A stretch of DNA of 64,000 nucleotides, from assembly GCA_965213925.1 (NCBI GenBank), contig OZ243927.1:2208001-2272000 (forward strand), given 5' to 3'. Both the position numbers and the translations under genes were made by a program. Of the stretch, positions 1-10,269 are shown in pieces (the stretch's first letter is position 1; every line of letters starts with the position of its first letter). Below the pieces are notes generated by a model. It was not told where the DNA came from. It ran no database searches and was given only the letters and a program-made list of their open reading frames with translations. The stretch is from Trueperaceae bacterium (GTDB lineage: Bacteria > Deinococcota > Deinococci > Deinococcales > Trueperaceae).

Positions 1-8
1 TGGTTCGT

Positions 9-2876
9 ATGCTGACCCTCCAGCAGCGCCTCCTCCGTGCTCAGGCGCGCGTGCTCGAGCTGTCACTCTGGAAGGTGAGAGCGCACGTGCAACTTGGCGG
101 CTGGCACTGGGATGGTCAACCTCTTCGGATGGGCGACGCTTGGCACGAGCGCGAGGGCGTTCACTATCTGACCTGTAAAGAGGTGCGTGTACCGGATGAG
201 TGGAGCTTAGACGAGAGTTTTTTGCATCTGAACGTGGGTGGGGAGAGCTTATTGAGCATAGAGTACGAGGGAGAGACCGAACGCTTCGGTCTCAACCCGC
301 ACCACGAGCACTTCCCGCTGTTGGGACGGAATTTCTCTATTCACACGGAATCCGTCGCTCGCTTCGAGTTCGGCGTGCCGAACCCTGATCCGCGTTTGGA
401 GGTGGCGCGGCTCGAGTGGCGAGACAGCGGCGTCGCTTCCCTGGTGAGGCTCCTTAGCGTGACGCTCGAGACCGCCGAGTGCCTCGCTAAAAATCAGCCC
501 GTCCATGAAGTCGCGCCGCTGCTTATCAAGGCGGCTGAACGCGCAATTCGGTCGGTGGCGTTGCCCTCGCACACCCCTCTTTATACTGCCCGTACCCTCG
601 GAGAGTTCGACACGCCGCCTATCTGGAAAGCCCCCGACGTTGACAGCCATCCGCCCGGTCTCAGCGACGAGGGGCGCGAAAGCGTGCGCCGAGCACAGGG
701 GACTTTGGAGGAAGACCTCGCGCAACTCCGCACCTGGTTCCCCAAGGTTGGAAAACTCTGTCTGAGCGGTCACGCGCACCTAGACCTCGCCTGGCTCTGG
801 CCCCTGGACGAATCCAAACGCAAAGCCCGGCGCACCGCCTACACGCAACTCGCGTTGATGAAACGCTACCCCGAGTTCCGCTTCAACCAGTCCTCGGCGC
901 AGTGGTATGCGTGGCTGGAGGAGGACGCGGACCTCTTCGGGAGTATCCAAACGGCGGTGCAAAGAGGTCAGTGGGAGGTTGTGGGTGGCATGTGGGTGGA
1001 GCCCGATATGAACCTCTTGGCGGGCGAGTCGGTGGTGCGACAGCTTCTCTACGGACAGCGTTATTTCGAGCGGCACTTCGGCGCAACGTGTGACACCGCG
1101 TGGCTCCCGGACTGCTTCGGCTTCTCGGGTTCGGTGCCGCAGCTTTTAAGAGGCGCGGGCATCCGCAACTTCTTCACCGCCAAGCTCAACTGGAATGAGA
1201 CGACGAAATTTCCACACGACCTCTTCTGGTGGGAGGGCTTGGACGGGTCCAGAGTTCTCACCCACACCCTCGACAACAAGCCTTTCGGTGAGGGCTACAA
1301 CGGTATCGTGCGCCCCGAATCGCTACTGCGCACGTGGGGCAACTACCGCGGCAAGACGGCTCACCGCGAGAGCCTCTTTGCGGCGGGCTGGGGCGACGGG
1401 GGCGGCGGTCCGACGCCGGAGATGTTGGAGGACGCCCGCGCTATGACGCACCTTCCCGTCGTCCCCGAAGCGACATGGGGCAGCGTGAGTGACTTCTTCG
1501 CCCGTGCAAGAGAGAGCGCCGAGCGCGAGCCCATTTCCCTCTGGCAAGGCGAGATGTACTTGGAGTTTCACCGGGGCACCTACACCTCGCAGGAGCGCAC
1601 CAAAAACCTCCACCGCCGCGCTGAGGTTGCGTTGGTCGAGGCAGAAATGGACTCGAGCCTCGCCTACCTCCAGTCTCGAGCTGAGCAGAAGGATGATAGG
1701 GGATATCCTAAGTCGCTCGAGTCCAAATGGCACACCGTTCTCCTAAGCGAGTTTCACGACATCTTGCCGGGCACATCTATACGAGAGGTTTACGAAGAGG
1801 TTGAGCCGATGTTAGGGGAGATGTTGGCGTCGTTGCCGCCTGCCGAAGAGGTCCACAATCCTGATGTAAAACAATCTGAGATAAAACAAGAGGTGCGGCA
1901 AGATGGGCTCGAGAACGCCCACCTCCGCGCCGCCTTTTCATCCTCCGGACACCTCACCAGCCTGTTCGATAAACGCGCCGGGCGCGAACTGCTGAGCGAG
2001 CCGAGCAACGCGCTTTGGGTCTACCCGGATAAGCCGCGCCGCTGGGACGCCTGGGATGTCGAGGATTTGCACGCGCCTTACAGCGTTCCCGGTGAGCCGT
2101 TGCACGCCGAGTACGCCGAAGTTGTGGAAGAGGGTCTGGCGGTTCACTACGTTTTTCGCGAGAGTCGCGTCGTGCAAACGTACCATTTAGTAGGGAGGCG
2201 GCTCGAGGTCCAGACCGAACTCGAGTGGCGTGAGCGGCGGCACCGGTTGAACGCCGTTTTCGGGCTGCGCGGAATTGGACCCTTGCTCACAGGAACAGCG
2301 TTCGGCTTTCACACCCGCTCACCTCTTTTGACGAGTAGAGCGCGTCAAGCCAAGTTCGAAGTGCCGATGCAGGGCTTCGCCGCGCTTTTAGGAACAGATG
2401 GCTATGCGCCCGCGCTCCTTGCGAGCGGGCGCTATGGTCTCTCACTGCGCTCACTCGGGAGGGCGACGGAGTTAAGCCTATCGCTTCTGCGCTCACCCGT
2501 CTATCCCGACCCCTACGCCGACGAGGGAGCGCACACCTTTCGTTACGCACTTACAGCAGGTCACTTCGCGCAGGGCGAGGTTCATGCGGAATTAGCGTCA
2601 TTTGAGAACCGTTCGACCTCGGCGGTTTACGAATGGCTGGGGTTGGACGAAAAGGGACCGTTGGAGTTAGCCGCGCTCAAAAGAGCCGAGGACGGGGACG
2701 GGCTCATCGTCCGGTTTGCTGAGCGCTTCGGGCTCTACGCTTCACCTCCCCAGAGGCTCGAGCTAAAAGGTTGGCGCGTCCAAGAGGTTGACCTCTTAGA
2801 GCGCGAGCTTGAAACGACCTCTTTCGACTTCGCCCCTTTTCAGGTGCGCTCATACCGTTTAACCGAGGATGGTTGA
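9..2876 (+). CDS. Alpha-mannosidase, glycoside hydrolase family 38
   Basis: 955 aa ORF with GH38 motifs GHAHLDLAWLW, GGMWVEPD, WLPDCFGFS, GWGDGGGGPT, YLEFHRGTYTSQ, FHDILPGTSI. Confidence 0.93.
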   Translation: MLTLQQRLLRAQARVLELSLWKVRAHVQLGGWHWDGQPLRMGDAWHEREGVHYLTCKEVRVPDEWSLDESFLHLNVGGESLLSIEYEGETERFGLNPHHEHFPLLGRNFSIHTESVARFEFGVPNPDPRLEVARLEWRDSGVASLVRLLSVTLETAECLAKNQPVHEVAPLLIKAAERAIRSVALPSHTPLYTARTLGEFDTPPIWKAPDVDSHPPGLSDEGRESVRRAQGTLEEDLAQLRTWFPKVGKLCLSGHAHLDLAWLWPLDESKRKARRTAYTQLALMKRYPEFRFNQSSAQWYAWLEEDADLFGSIQTAVQRGQWEVVGGMWVEPDMNLLAGESVVRQLLYGQRYFERHFGATCDTAWLPDCFGFSGSVPQLLRGAGIRNFFTAKLNWNETTKFPHDLFWWEGLDGSRVLTHTLDNKPFGEGYNGIVRPESLLRTWGNYRGKTAHRESLFAAGWGDGGGGPTPEMLEDARAMTHLPVVPEATWGSVSDFFARARESAEREPISLWQGEMYLEFHRGTYTSQERTKNLHRRAEVALVEAEMDSSLAYLQSRAEQKDDRGYPKSLESKWHTVLLSEFHDILPGTSIREVYEEVEPMLGEMLASLPPAEEVHNPDVKQSEIKQEVRQDGLENAHLRAAFSSSGHLTSLFDKRAGRELLSEPSNALWVYPDKPRRWDAWDVEDLHAPYSVPGEPLHAEYAEVVEEGLAVHYVFRESRVVQTYHLVGRRLEVQTELEWRERRHRLNAVFGLRGIGPLLTGTAFGFHTRSPLLTSRARQAKFEVPMQGFAALLGTDGYAPALLASGRYGLSLRSLGRATELSLSLLRSPVYPDPYADEGAHTFRYALTAGHFAQGEVHAELASFENRSTSAVYEWLGLDEKGPLELAALKRAEDGDGLIVRFAERFGLYASPPQRLELKGWRVQEVDLLERELETTSFDFAPFQVRSYRLTEDG

Positions 2877-4383
2877 GACGCTCGAGGCTGACGTCGCTAT
2901 CATCGGCGGCAGCTTGGGCGGTGTCGCCGCCGCGCTCGCGGCTTGTGAGATGGGCTGCACCGTCATTCTAAGCGAGGAGACAGACTGGCTAGGCGGACAA
3001 CTCAGCGCTCAGGGCGTCTCGGCGTTAGATGAGCACGAACGCACCGAAACGCACGCGAACGCTCGCTATCTGGAGTTGCGCCGCCGCATCCGTGAGCATT
3101 ATGTTAAAAGGGGTGCGCCGCGCTTTATGCCGGACTCTGCGTTTAATCCGGTGCCATTAAATCCTGGCAACGCTTGGGTCAGTCGGCTCTGTTTTGAACC
3201 TCTTGTCGGCGTCAAAGTAATACGTGAAATGCTCCGCCCGTTTGAGCGAGCGGGGCAACTCGAGGTGCTGCTTCAGCATCGCCCCGTCGCCGCTAAAGTC
3301 GCGGGTGAAGAGGTGCGAGAGGTGAGGCTCGAGGCTCCACACACGCACGTCACCCTTCGCGCCGACCTCTTCCTAGACGCCACCGACTTGGGCGACCTCT
3401 TGCCGCTGACGCATACACCTTTCGTCACGGGTGCGGAATCTCGGTTTGATACGGGCGAACCTCACGCGCCCGAAAAGGCAAATCCAAATGAGGTGCAGAG
3501 TTTCACCGCCTGCTTTGCGGTTGAGTATTGCCCCGGCGAATCCCACGTCATTCCGGAACCAGAAGGTTACGAAACCCTCCGGGACGCTCAGCCTTACAGC
3601 TTGAGCTTGGATATTGACACAGGGCAAGAGAAGCATTTCAAGATGTTCGCTGAAGGTGAAAACGGCGAACTCCCTTTCTGGACGTACCGCCGCTTGCTGG
3701 ACGCGGAACTTGTAGGCGTGCCGAACGACGTCGCGCTGATCAACTGGGCGAGCAACGACTACAGCGGGCTGAGTCTGTTGGAGGATTACGAACGCGCCTG
3801 GGCAGAAGCCAAACGTCTCTCGCTAGGGTTTCTCTACTGGCTTCAGACCGAAACCCCTCGAGGTGAGGGCGACGGGAAAAATAAGTGTGGCTTCCCCGAG
3901 CTAAAGCTGCGCCCCAACGTGATGGGAACTTCGGACGGGCTCGCTAAAGCGCCCTACGTCCGTGAATCTAGGCGAATCGTTGGCTTAGAGCGCGTCCTCG
4001 AGCAGCACCTCACAGGCGCTCACGATTGGCACATACCCGTCGCCATCGGCTGGTATCCGCTCGACTTGCACCCTTGCGTAGGCAACCCCAAAAGCTCCAT
4101 GTATCACCCCACCCGCCCTTTCACCCTGCCGCTCGGCGCACTGATTCCGCAGACGCGCACGAACCTCCTAGCGGCGTGTAAAAACGTGAGCACGACGCAC
4201 CTGAGTAACGGCGCGTGCCGCGTCCACCACGTCGAGTGGGCGCTAGGCGAGGCGGCGGGTGTCGTGGCGGCGCTCTGCGTTCAGGAGCGGTGCACGCCGC
4301 ATGAGGTGCACGCTTCGCAGAGGTTGCAAAAGAGGTTGGCTGAACGCTTCGCGCAGCAAAACATCCTCATCTCGTGGACGTGA
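2869..4383 (+). CDS. FAD-dependent oxidoreductase (FAD_oxidored family)
   Basis: N-terminal IIGGSLGGVAAA Rossmann motif, WLGGQLSAQGV, PYVRESRR; overlaps GH38 stop by 8 nt. Confidence 0.85.
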   Translation: MVETLEADVAIIGGSLGGVAAALAACEMGCTVILSEETDWLGGQLSAQGVSALDEHERTETHANARYLELRRRIREHYVKRGAPRFMPDSAFNPVPLNPGNAWVSRLCFEPLVGVKVIREMLRPFERAGQLEVLLQHRPVAAKVAGEEVREVRLEAPHTHVTLRADLFLDATDLGDLLPLTHTPFVTGAESRFDTGEPHAPEKANPNEVQSFTACFAVEYCPGESHVIPEPEGYETLRDAQPYSLSLDIDTGQEKHFKMFAEGENGELPFWTYRRLLDAELVGVPNDVALINWASNDYSGLSLLEDYERAWAEAKRLSLGFLYWLQTETPRGEGDGKNKCGFPELKLRPNVMGTSDGLAKAPYVRESRRIVGLERVLEQHLTGAHDWHIPVAIGWYPLDLHPCVGNPKSSMYHPTRPFTLPLGALIPQTRTNLLAACKNVSTTHLSNGACRVHHVEWALGEAAGVVAALCVQERCTPHEVHASQRLQKRLAERFAQQNILISWT

Positions 4384-4406
4384 CGCTGAATTGAATGAGG
4401 TAGCGT

Positions 4407-5030
4407 TTAAGTCTGGCGGAGTTTCTGTCCCATATAGACCTCTTGCGGCTCCTCGAGTAAAACCTCAAAGCCTACCCGTTTATAAAACTCGAAAGCCCTC
4501 TGATTACTCGTCCCCAAACCGAGATGGACGCCCGCTGAGCCGCGCCGCCTGAGTTCGCCCAGTAGCGTTTCCATCAGCTTACGCCCCCAACCTTGACCTT
4601 GTGCGCGCGGCAAGAGGTCGATGTGGAGGTGCGAGGGATACGCGGTTAAATCGACGGGTTTAGAGAGGTCGGGGTGATGGACTCTGTTATAAAGGCGCTC
4701 AGAGGGCGTCCAGTCCGGGTTACCTGATGGGTCGGGCAACGTCGCTTGTAGCGGGGGGAGCCACTCGAGCCGATACCGCTCATTGAACCTCTCCGTACCG
4801 AACGCACCTAAGATATAACCCACGACCTCCCCTTCACCCTCTCTCTCATCCGCAAGCATAAAGGCGAGTTCGGGCTCGAGCGTCACGTAGGGTCCTGCGT
4901 AGAGGTGTCCTAAGATATTGGGGTCACTGTAAAGTTCGCTAGCGTCGTCTCCCGAGTTGCCCGTACGGAGGCAGATGTCGTAGACCGCGCTCAGGTCTCG
5001 CGCGTCATAAGGGCGGATGGAGAAAGCCAT
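4407..5030 (-). CDS. GNAT family N-acetyltransferase
   Basis: HLHIDLLPRAQGQGWG acetyl-CoA motif, N..A..FY motif; ATG at 5030 (MAFSIRPY) preferred over the GTG at 5096. Confidence 0.85.
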   Translation of the reverse strand: MAFSIRPYDARDLSAVYDICLRTGNSGDDASELYSDPNILGHLYAGPYVTLEPELAFMLADEREGEGEVVGYILGAFGTERFNERYRLEWLPPLQATLPDPSGNPDWTPSERLYNRVHHPDLSKPVDLTAYPSHLHIDLLPRAQGQGWGRKLMETLLGELRRRGSAGVHLGLGTSNQRAFEFYKRVGFEVLLEEPQEVYMGQKLRQT

Positions 5031-5115
5031 AAAAGAGTCTAAGCGTTTTCCTTCACACGTGTTCTTGAATCGCGCCTTACGCCGTCTCACAGGCACTTCG
5101 CGGTAAGGTAAAAGG

Positions 5116-6066
5116 GTGAAAGAGGGTCGCCAAAAGAGCTGTTGTGCTCCTTCGCGTTCGGCGAATGAGGCTCGAATCGGCTCGAGTGAGGGCAGTGCTG
5201 CAAAAAGCTCAATGAACAGTTCCGTAGAAGGAATGGTTTATCTTGAAGGTGGGAGCTTCCTCATGGGCACCGACGAGCCGACCTTTCCCGCCGACGGCGA
5301 GGGTCCGGTGCGCGAGGTGACGCTCTCGCCTTTTTGGATAGACCCCTTTGCTGTCACCAATGCGCAGTTCGCGGCGTTTGTCGAAGCGACAGGTTACACC
5401 AGCGAAGCGGAGCGTTTCGGCTGGTCGTTCGTGTTCTATCAGTTTTTACCTGAAGACGCGCCGCCGACACAGGGCGTCGCGGACGCTCCCTGGTGGCGGC
5501 AGGTCTTCGGCGCGTGTTGGCACCGTCCCGAAGGTTCACGCTCATCGGTGGACGGGCGTCTGAACCATCCTGTGATTCACGTCTCTTGGAATGACGCTAT
5601 AGCTTACGCGACTTGGGCGGGCAAACGCTTACCGACAGAAGCGGAGTGGGAATACGCCGCAAGGGGTGGGCTCGAGCAAAACACCTTTCCTTGGGGAGAC
5701 CGCTTGGTCCCCAACAAAAAGCACCGCTGCAACATCTGGCAAGGGACCTTTCCGAGCAAGAACACCGCCAAGGACGGCTTTGTCGGCACTGCGCCCGTAG
5801 ACGCTTTTGAGCCGAACGGCTACGGGCTCCACAACGTAACGGGCAACACGTGGGAGTGGTGTGGCGACTGGTGGGGCACCTCTCACGGAAAAGGACCCTA
5901 CCTCAATCCGCGCGGACCCGAAGAGGGTGGAGCCAAAGTCATCAAGGGCGGCTCTTACCTCTGCCACGCTTCGTACTGCAACCGCTACCGGGTGGCGGCC
6001 AGAACGTCGAACACGCCGGACAGCACAACGGGGCACATGGGCTTTCGGGTGGTGCGGGATGCCTGA
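5116..6066 (+). CDS. Formylglycine-generating enzyme (SUMF1/FGE family)
   Basis: RLPTEAEWEYAARGG, GNTWEW, KGGSYLCHASYCNRYRVAAR with both catalytic Cys, HMGFR. Confidence 0.92.
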   Translation: MKEGRQKSCCAPSRSANEARIGSSEGSAAKSSMNSSVEGMVYLEGGSFLMGTDEPTFPADGEGPVREVTLSPFWIDPFAVTNAQFAAFVEATGYTSEAERFGWSFVFYQFLPEDAPPTQGVADAPWWRQVFGACWHRPEGSRSSVDGRLNHPVIHVSWNDAIAYATWAGKRLPTEAEWEYAARGGLEQNTFPWGDRLVPNKKHRCNIWQGTFPSKNTAKDGFVGTAPVDAFEPNGYGLHNVTGNTWEWCGDWWGTSHGKGPYLNPRGPEEGGAKVIKGGSYLCHASYCNRYRVAARTSNTPDSTTGHMGFRVVRDA

Positions 6067-6146
6067 GCTAAGAGGTGCGGAGCCCACCGAACAGTCTGAA
6101 TAGATAGGGGTGAGGTAAATTGCACCTAACTTTTTAGGGGGACGAG

Positions 6147-6461
6147 ATGAAACACATTCAGATGCAGCTTGATGGTAGTGGACAGTTCTTTAACGTCATC
6201 GCCGAAACCAGCCGCTCGCAGGTCGCCGCGATGACGCTGACAAAAGGTCAGACGACAGGCGGACCGAACAACAAGCATAAGAGCAGCGACCAGTGGCTTT
6301 ACGTTATTTCGGGCACGGGCGAAGCGGTTGTGGCAGGGGAGAGCGTCCAACTTTCGCCCGGTAGCCTCTTGCTGATAGAAGCAGGCGAAACGCATGAGAT
6401 CAGCAACTCAGGTGATGAGCCTCTGCAGACGGTCAACATCTACGCGCCGCCTGAGTACTGA
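6147..6461 (+). CDS. Cupin domain protein
   Basis: 104 aa; H..SDQWLYVISGTG and IEAGETHEI cupin motifs. Confidence 0.85.
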   Translation: MKHIQMQLDGSGQFFNVIAETSRSQVAAMTLTKGQTTGGPNNKHKSSDQWLYVISGTGEAVVAGESVQLSPGSLLLIEAGETHEISNSGDEPLQTVNIYAPPEY

Positions 6462-6586
6462 GCTTTTGCCACAAGCTTAGGGAAGAATCCTGCTCAAGTC
6501 CACCGCCTGCGCACTGATTTCTAAAACTTCAGGCACACTACCTTCTAAGCTCGTCTGCGAGCCGAGCTTAATGATGTTCACTTATC

Positions 6587-6595
6587 TGCTATACT
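6587..6595 (+). promoter_or_regulatory. Putative extended -10 promoter (TGcTATACT) for the ABC-F gene
   Basis: TGnTATACT match about 105 nt upstream of the ABC-F start. Confidence 0.35.
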
Positions 6596-6701
6596 CACCT
6601 TGCCGAGCTTCGGCGTTCTATGCGTGACTAATACCTTTTCCTAATTCCTATCAGGCGCGTGCTTGTGAGCACGCGAGCTTCCCCTTTGGAAAGGTGTTTT
6701 T

Positions 6702-8247
6702 ATGTCGCTTGCGCTTCAGGCGGAGGGCCTAACCTACCGCTATCCCCAACAGCTAGACTTTCTCTTTCAAAATCTCTCTTTATCGCTCTACACCGGCGAT
6801 AAAGTCGCGCTTTTGGGCGCGAACGGCGCGGGTAAAACGACGCTGCTCAACCTCTTGAGTAGTGAGATAGAGCCGCTCGAGGGGCGTGTCACGCGTCACG
6901 ACGAGCCTTATGTCCTCCGCCAAGAGGACCTGCTCAGTGGCGAGGGTAACGTGTTGGACGCGCTCCTGCTGAACTTCCCTGACCTGGGACCGCTCTGGGC
7001 TGAGCTTAAAGCGGTGGAGCGCTCCGGCGTCCCCGACCCGCTGCGCTACGCCGACACGCTCAGCGCCTTTGCCGAGCGCGGCGGCTATGAGGTGCAAAGA
7101 CGTTTAGAAGCCGAACTCACTGCGCTCGAGTTTCCAGCGGACACGTTAGCGCGACCTCTCGCCACCCTCTCCGGCGGCGAGCGGCGACTTTTGCGCCTCG
7201 TGGCGGCGTTCAGTCGTCCGCAAGGGCTCTACCTCTTGGACGAGCCGACGAACTATTTGGATGAGCGCGGCGTCCGCCACTTGGAGACGCGCCTGCGTGA
7301 AACCTCGGCGGCGTGCCTCATCGTCTCGCACGACAGGAAGTTTTTAGATAACACGGTGAGCGCGGTGTGGGAGCTGGAGCGGGGTGGGCTTACGAGGTAT
7401 AGCGGGTCTTATACGAGCTTCCGCCACACCAAAGAGGTGCGCTACAGAGAACAAGTGCGCAAGAGTCAAAAGCTCAAACGCGACATCGCGCAGCTTAGGG
7501 AGCAGGAGCGCACCTACAAGGTGTGGGGCGCGCAAGGAGAAGGAGAAGTCGGGCGCGGTGGACAAGGGCTTTGTCGGCGCACGCGCCGCCCGCCTCACGA
7601 AGCGCGGTATCCAGGCGAAAGAACGGTTGCGCGAGCAGGCTGAAGCGTTGGAGCAGGAGAAGCCTTGGGTGGAGAAGCGTTACGGCGTCCGCTTCGCGGT
7701 GCCCGATGTGCCGAGCGGTGTTTGTCTGAGGGCTCGAGCCTCCAGTTTTGACCTCTTAGTCCCTTGGGGTGAGCGAATTGCGCTTAGAGGGCGTAACGGT
7801 GCGGGCAAGACGACGCTGTTAGAGACCTTTCTTGGTTTGAGCAGGGTTTGTGCGAGTGAAGTGCACTGGGATTCAGAAGCCGTCATCGGCTACTTGCCGC
7901 AGCGCTGGAACGATACCCAAGACGCTAGACCTCTTGCTGAGCGGTTTTTACGCTCTCAACAGGACGAAGCCCGCATTCTTTTAGGCGCGCTCGGTGTAAA
8001 AGGGGACCACTTCACCGCGCCTCTCGGAGCGCTCAGCGAGGGACAAAAGTGCAAGGTGCGTCTGGTCGAAACTATCCTCAAGCGACCCAACGTCCTCGTA
8101 TTGGACGAGCCGACCACGCACCTCGACTATGTAAGTATCGAGATACTCGAGACCGCCCTCTTCAATTTTCCAGGCACCATCCTTTTAGTGAGTCACGACA
8201 GGTATTTGTTAGAGCGAATCGCGGAGCGAACGGTTGCGCTAGACTGA
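6702..8247 (+). pseudogene. ABC-F family ATPase split by a +1 frameshift near 7530
   Basis: First NBD (GANGAGKT, LSGGE, LDEPTN, SHDR) in ORF 6702-7643; linker and second NBD (GRNGAGKT, LSEGQ, LDEPTT, SHDR) in the +1 frame; no TM domains; switch at TGGGGCGCGCAAG. Confidence 0.85.
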
Positions 8248-8300
8248 CGCAACGCGAGATGGTTTCATTCTGATCTGGTGAAGTGGTAGCAACAGGAGAG

Positions 8301-8415
8301 TATAGCAAGTATCATTTGGTTTGAGCCAATCCGAGAAGAGGGAACGCAGTCTAGCGCGCACGTTTGGAAATGATACTTGCGTGATTCAAGCTCAGTGCTT
8401 ATGTGAACTGCTATA
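8301..8415 (+). mobile_element. Repeat family 1 copy A, 115 bp MITE-like (TATAGCA...TGCTATA)
   Basis: Exact reverse complement of 18388-18502; internal 13-bp inverted repeat GCAAGTATCATTT/AAATGATACTTGC. Confidence 0.9.
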
Positions 8416-8520
8416 AAGCGTGCGAAACGTATGCAAGGCAAACGCCATTTTGTTCAACGTTGCTAGGAAGGCGCTCGCGGTGAGTGCGTCCCTAAAGTTT
8501 TGGTTCGTTCTCTATGGGTG

Positions 8521-8621
8521 ATACCGTTTCCGGTCAAATTACGATGCGAGTAGAAACAGCGACGGATGCCGTGGGTAACGCAGGGGTGCGAAAGTGTCTT
8601 GTAGTGGATCGGAATCCGTAT
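8521..8621. repeat. Repeat family 2 copy (ATACCGTTTCCG...CGGAATCCGTAT ends)
   Basis: Imperfect 12-bp terminal inverted repeats; body similar in reverse complement to 18612-18718. Confidence 0.8.
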
Positions 8622-10180
8622 TAGGACCAAATAGAGCGCATAGACCAGGCCTCAAAGCTCAGCAGCCTCGAGCCTCCTTCCACAAAAGGTTGTACTGACG
8701 CGCCGCCAGGATGCTCCTGATAGACCCTCGTCGTCAGGCAAAACCGCGCGTTGGCGTAGACCTCGGTAACGGAGTGGTCGATGAAGACGCGCAGCTCGAG
8801 CCTTTCTCCTGCCTCTAGCTTTAGTACACCTTCTTGCAGGTCAGTGGCTAGGTTCGCGCCGTCCAACTGAGCAAGCTTCCTACCTGCTGTCAGACGCCCT
8901 GTCGCCGGTGTATAAGTTATCCGCCTTTCGCCTTCAAGCGACAAGATACTTAAACCGCACTTTCCCTCAGTTACTTCGAAAGTAGCGCAAAGCTCGAGCT
9001 GTCTGCCTTGAAAGGATGCGAGGCGTTTGCTCCTCAATTCGCTCAGCTCCGGCGCTGGCGAAAGGCGTAGCGCGTTTCCTTTTAGGTCGATCAGGCGCGG
9101 CAGCGACATCACCCCAGACCACCCCGCGCGGCGCTGCGCGCGCTCGCTCCGCCCCTCCTGCAGCCAGCCCCACATCAAAACGCGCCCTCGGTCATCTCGC
9201 AGCGCTTGGGGCGCGTAGAAGGAAGCGCCGCCGTGATCGAGCGTTTGCACCCGCTCTATAGTAAACTTGCGTTTTTCACCGTGGGGATTAAATCGACCTA
9301 CGAGCGCAACCGTACCGCAAGTTTTGGGCGTTCCGTTATGTTTGAGGAGGCTGAGGAGTAAAACGTGCCGCTCGCCGAACGTGAGCAGTTGCGGGCACTC
9401 CCACACGTCCGCCCGGATGAGGTCTGCTTGAATGAGGTCTGTTTGAATGAGGCCGTTGTCTAAGTCTCGAGCCGTGAGCAGAGGTCCTAGATAACGCCAG
9501 TCGAGCAAATTATCCGAACGGTAGAGGAGTACCGTGCCGCCCACCCCGCGCAGCCCCGCCCCAACGAGCATGTACCAGGTGCCCTCAACGCGCCAGACGT
9601 TGGGGTCGCGAAAAGCGGTCAGCTCGAGCCCTGAAGGGGCGCTCAAGATGGGGTTCGCAGCGTGCTTCGTCCACCTCTTTAGGTCCGCCGACCCCAGCGC
9701 CGCGCAAATGCTCTGACTTTGCGCCACCTCTACGGGACGCCGCACGCCCGTGTAAAACAGCATCGGCTGCCCGCCGTCGTCCACCGCACAACCCGACCAG
9801 CACCCCTCTTCGTCCGCGCTACCGGGCGTCGGCGTGAGCGCGACATCCAGGTCACGCCAATGAACCAGGTCGCGGCTCACCGCGTGCCCCCAGTGGATAC
9901 CGCCCCAAGCGGCGGCCTTCGGGTTGAACTGATAGAAGAGGTGGTATTCGCCCCCCCAGTAGATGAGCCCGTTCGGGTCGTTCATCCACTTTGAGGGCGG
10001 CAAGAAGTGATAGCGCGGTCTATGAGGGTCGTGGGCGAAGGGGGCACGCATAAAGAGGGGTTCGTTGTGAGGTGGCACGTCAGATAGCTCCTTGAAGGGG
10101 TAGGGTCTTCGTGTCAAGGCTAAGGGTATCGTTTTTTGGCGGCTGGCCCGAGGTCTGTTCGCGAATGTCGCAACGGTCAC
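8621..10180 (-). CDS. Glycoside hydrolase family 32 (beta-fructofuranosidase/levanase-like)
   Basis: Catalytic motifs WMNDPNG, FRDP, WECP; true start may be the ATG at 10051. Confidence 0.93.
   Translation of the reverse strand: MTVATFANRPRASRQKTIPLALTRRPYPFKELSDVPPHNEPLFMRAPFAHDPHRPRYHFLPPSKWMNDPNGLIYWGGEYHLFYQFNPKAAAWGGIHWGHAVSRDLVHWRDLDVALTPTPGSADEEGCWSGCAVDDGGQPMLFYTGVRRPVEVAQSQSICAALGSADLKRWTKHAANPILSAPSGLELTAFRDPNVWRVEGTWYMLVGAGLRGVGGTVLLYRSDNLLDWRYLGPLLTARDLDNGLIQTDLIQADLIRADVWECPQLLTFGERHVLLLSLLKHNGTPKTCGTVALVGRFNPHGEKRKFTIERVQTLDHGGASFYAPQALRDDRGRVLMWGWLQEGRSERAQRRAGWSGVMSLPRLIDLKGNALRLSPAPELSELRSKRLASFQGRQLELCATFEVTEGKCGLSILSLEGERRITYTPATGRLTAGRKLAQLDGANLATDLQEGVLKLEAGERLELRVFIDHSVTEVYANARFCLTTRVYQEHPGGASVQPFVEGGSRLLSFEAWSMRSIWS
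9417..9452. repeat. In-frame 15-bp tandem repeat inside GH32 (LIQTD-LIQAD-LIRAD)
   Basis: ATGAGGTCTG(C/T)TTGA x2 plus partial third unit. Confidence 0.75.
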
Positions 10181-10269
10181 GTCTCAAAGTGGCTTCACGC
10201 TAACGCCGACGTTGACCGTGACCATGCGGCGTGATTCTCTCAACCGAATAACTCAGCCGATCACGACGT

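Noticed and set aside
345..354. ACGGAATCCG matching family 2 ends
   Set aside because: Inside GH38 coding sequence with no partner end; probably chance.
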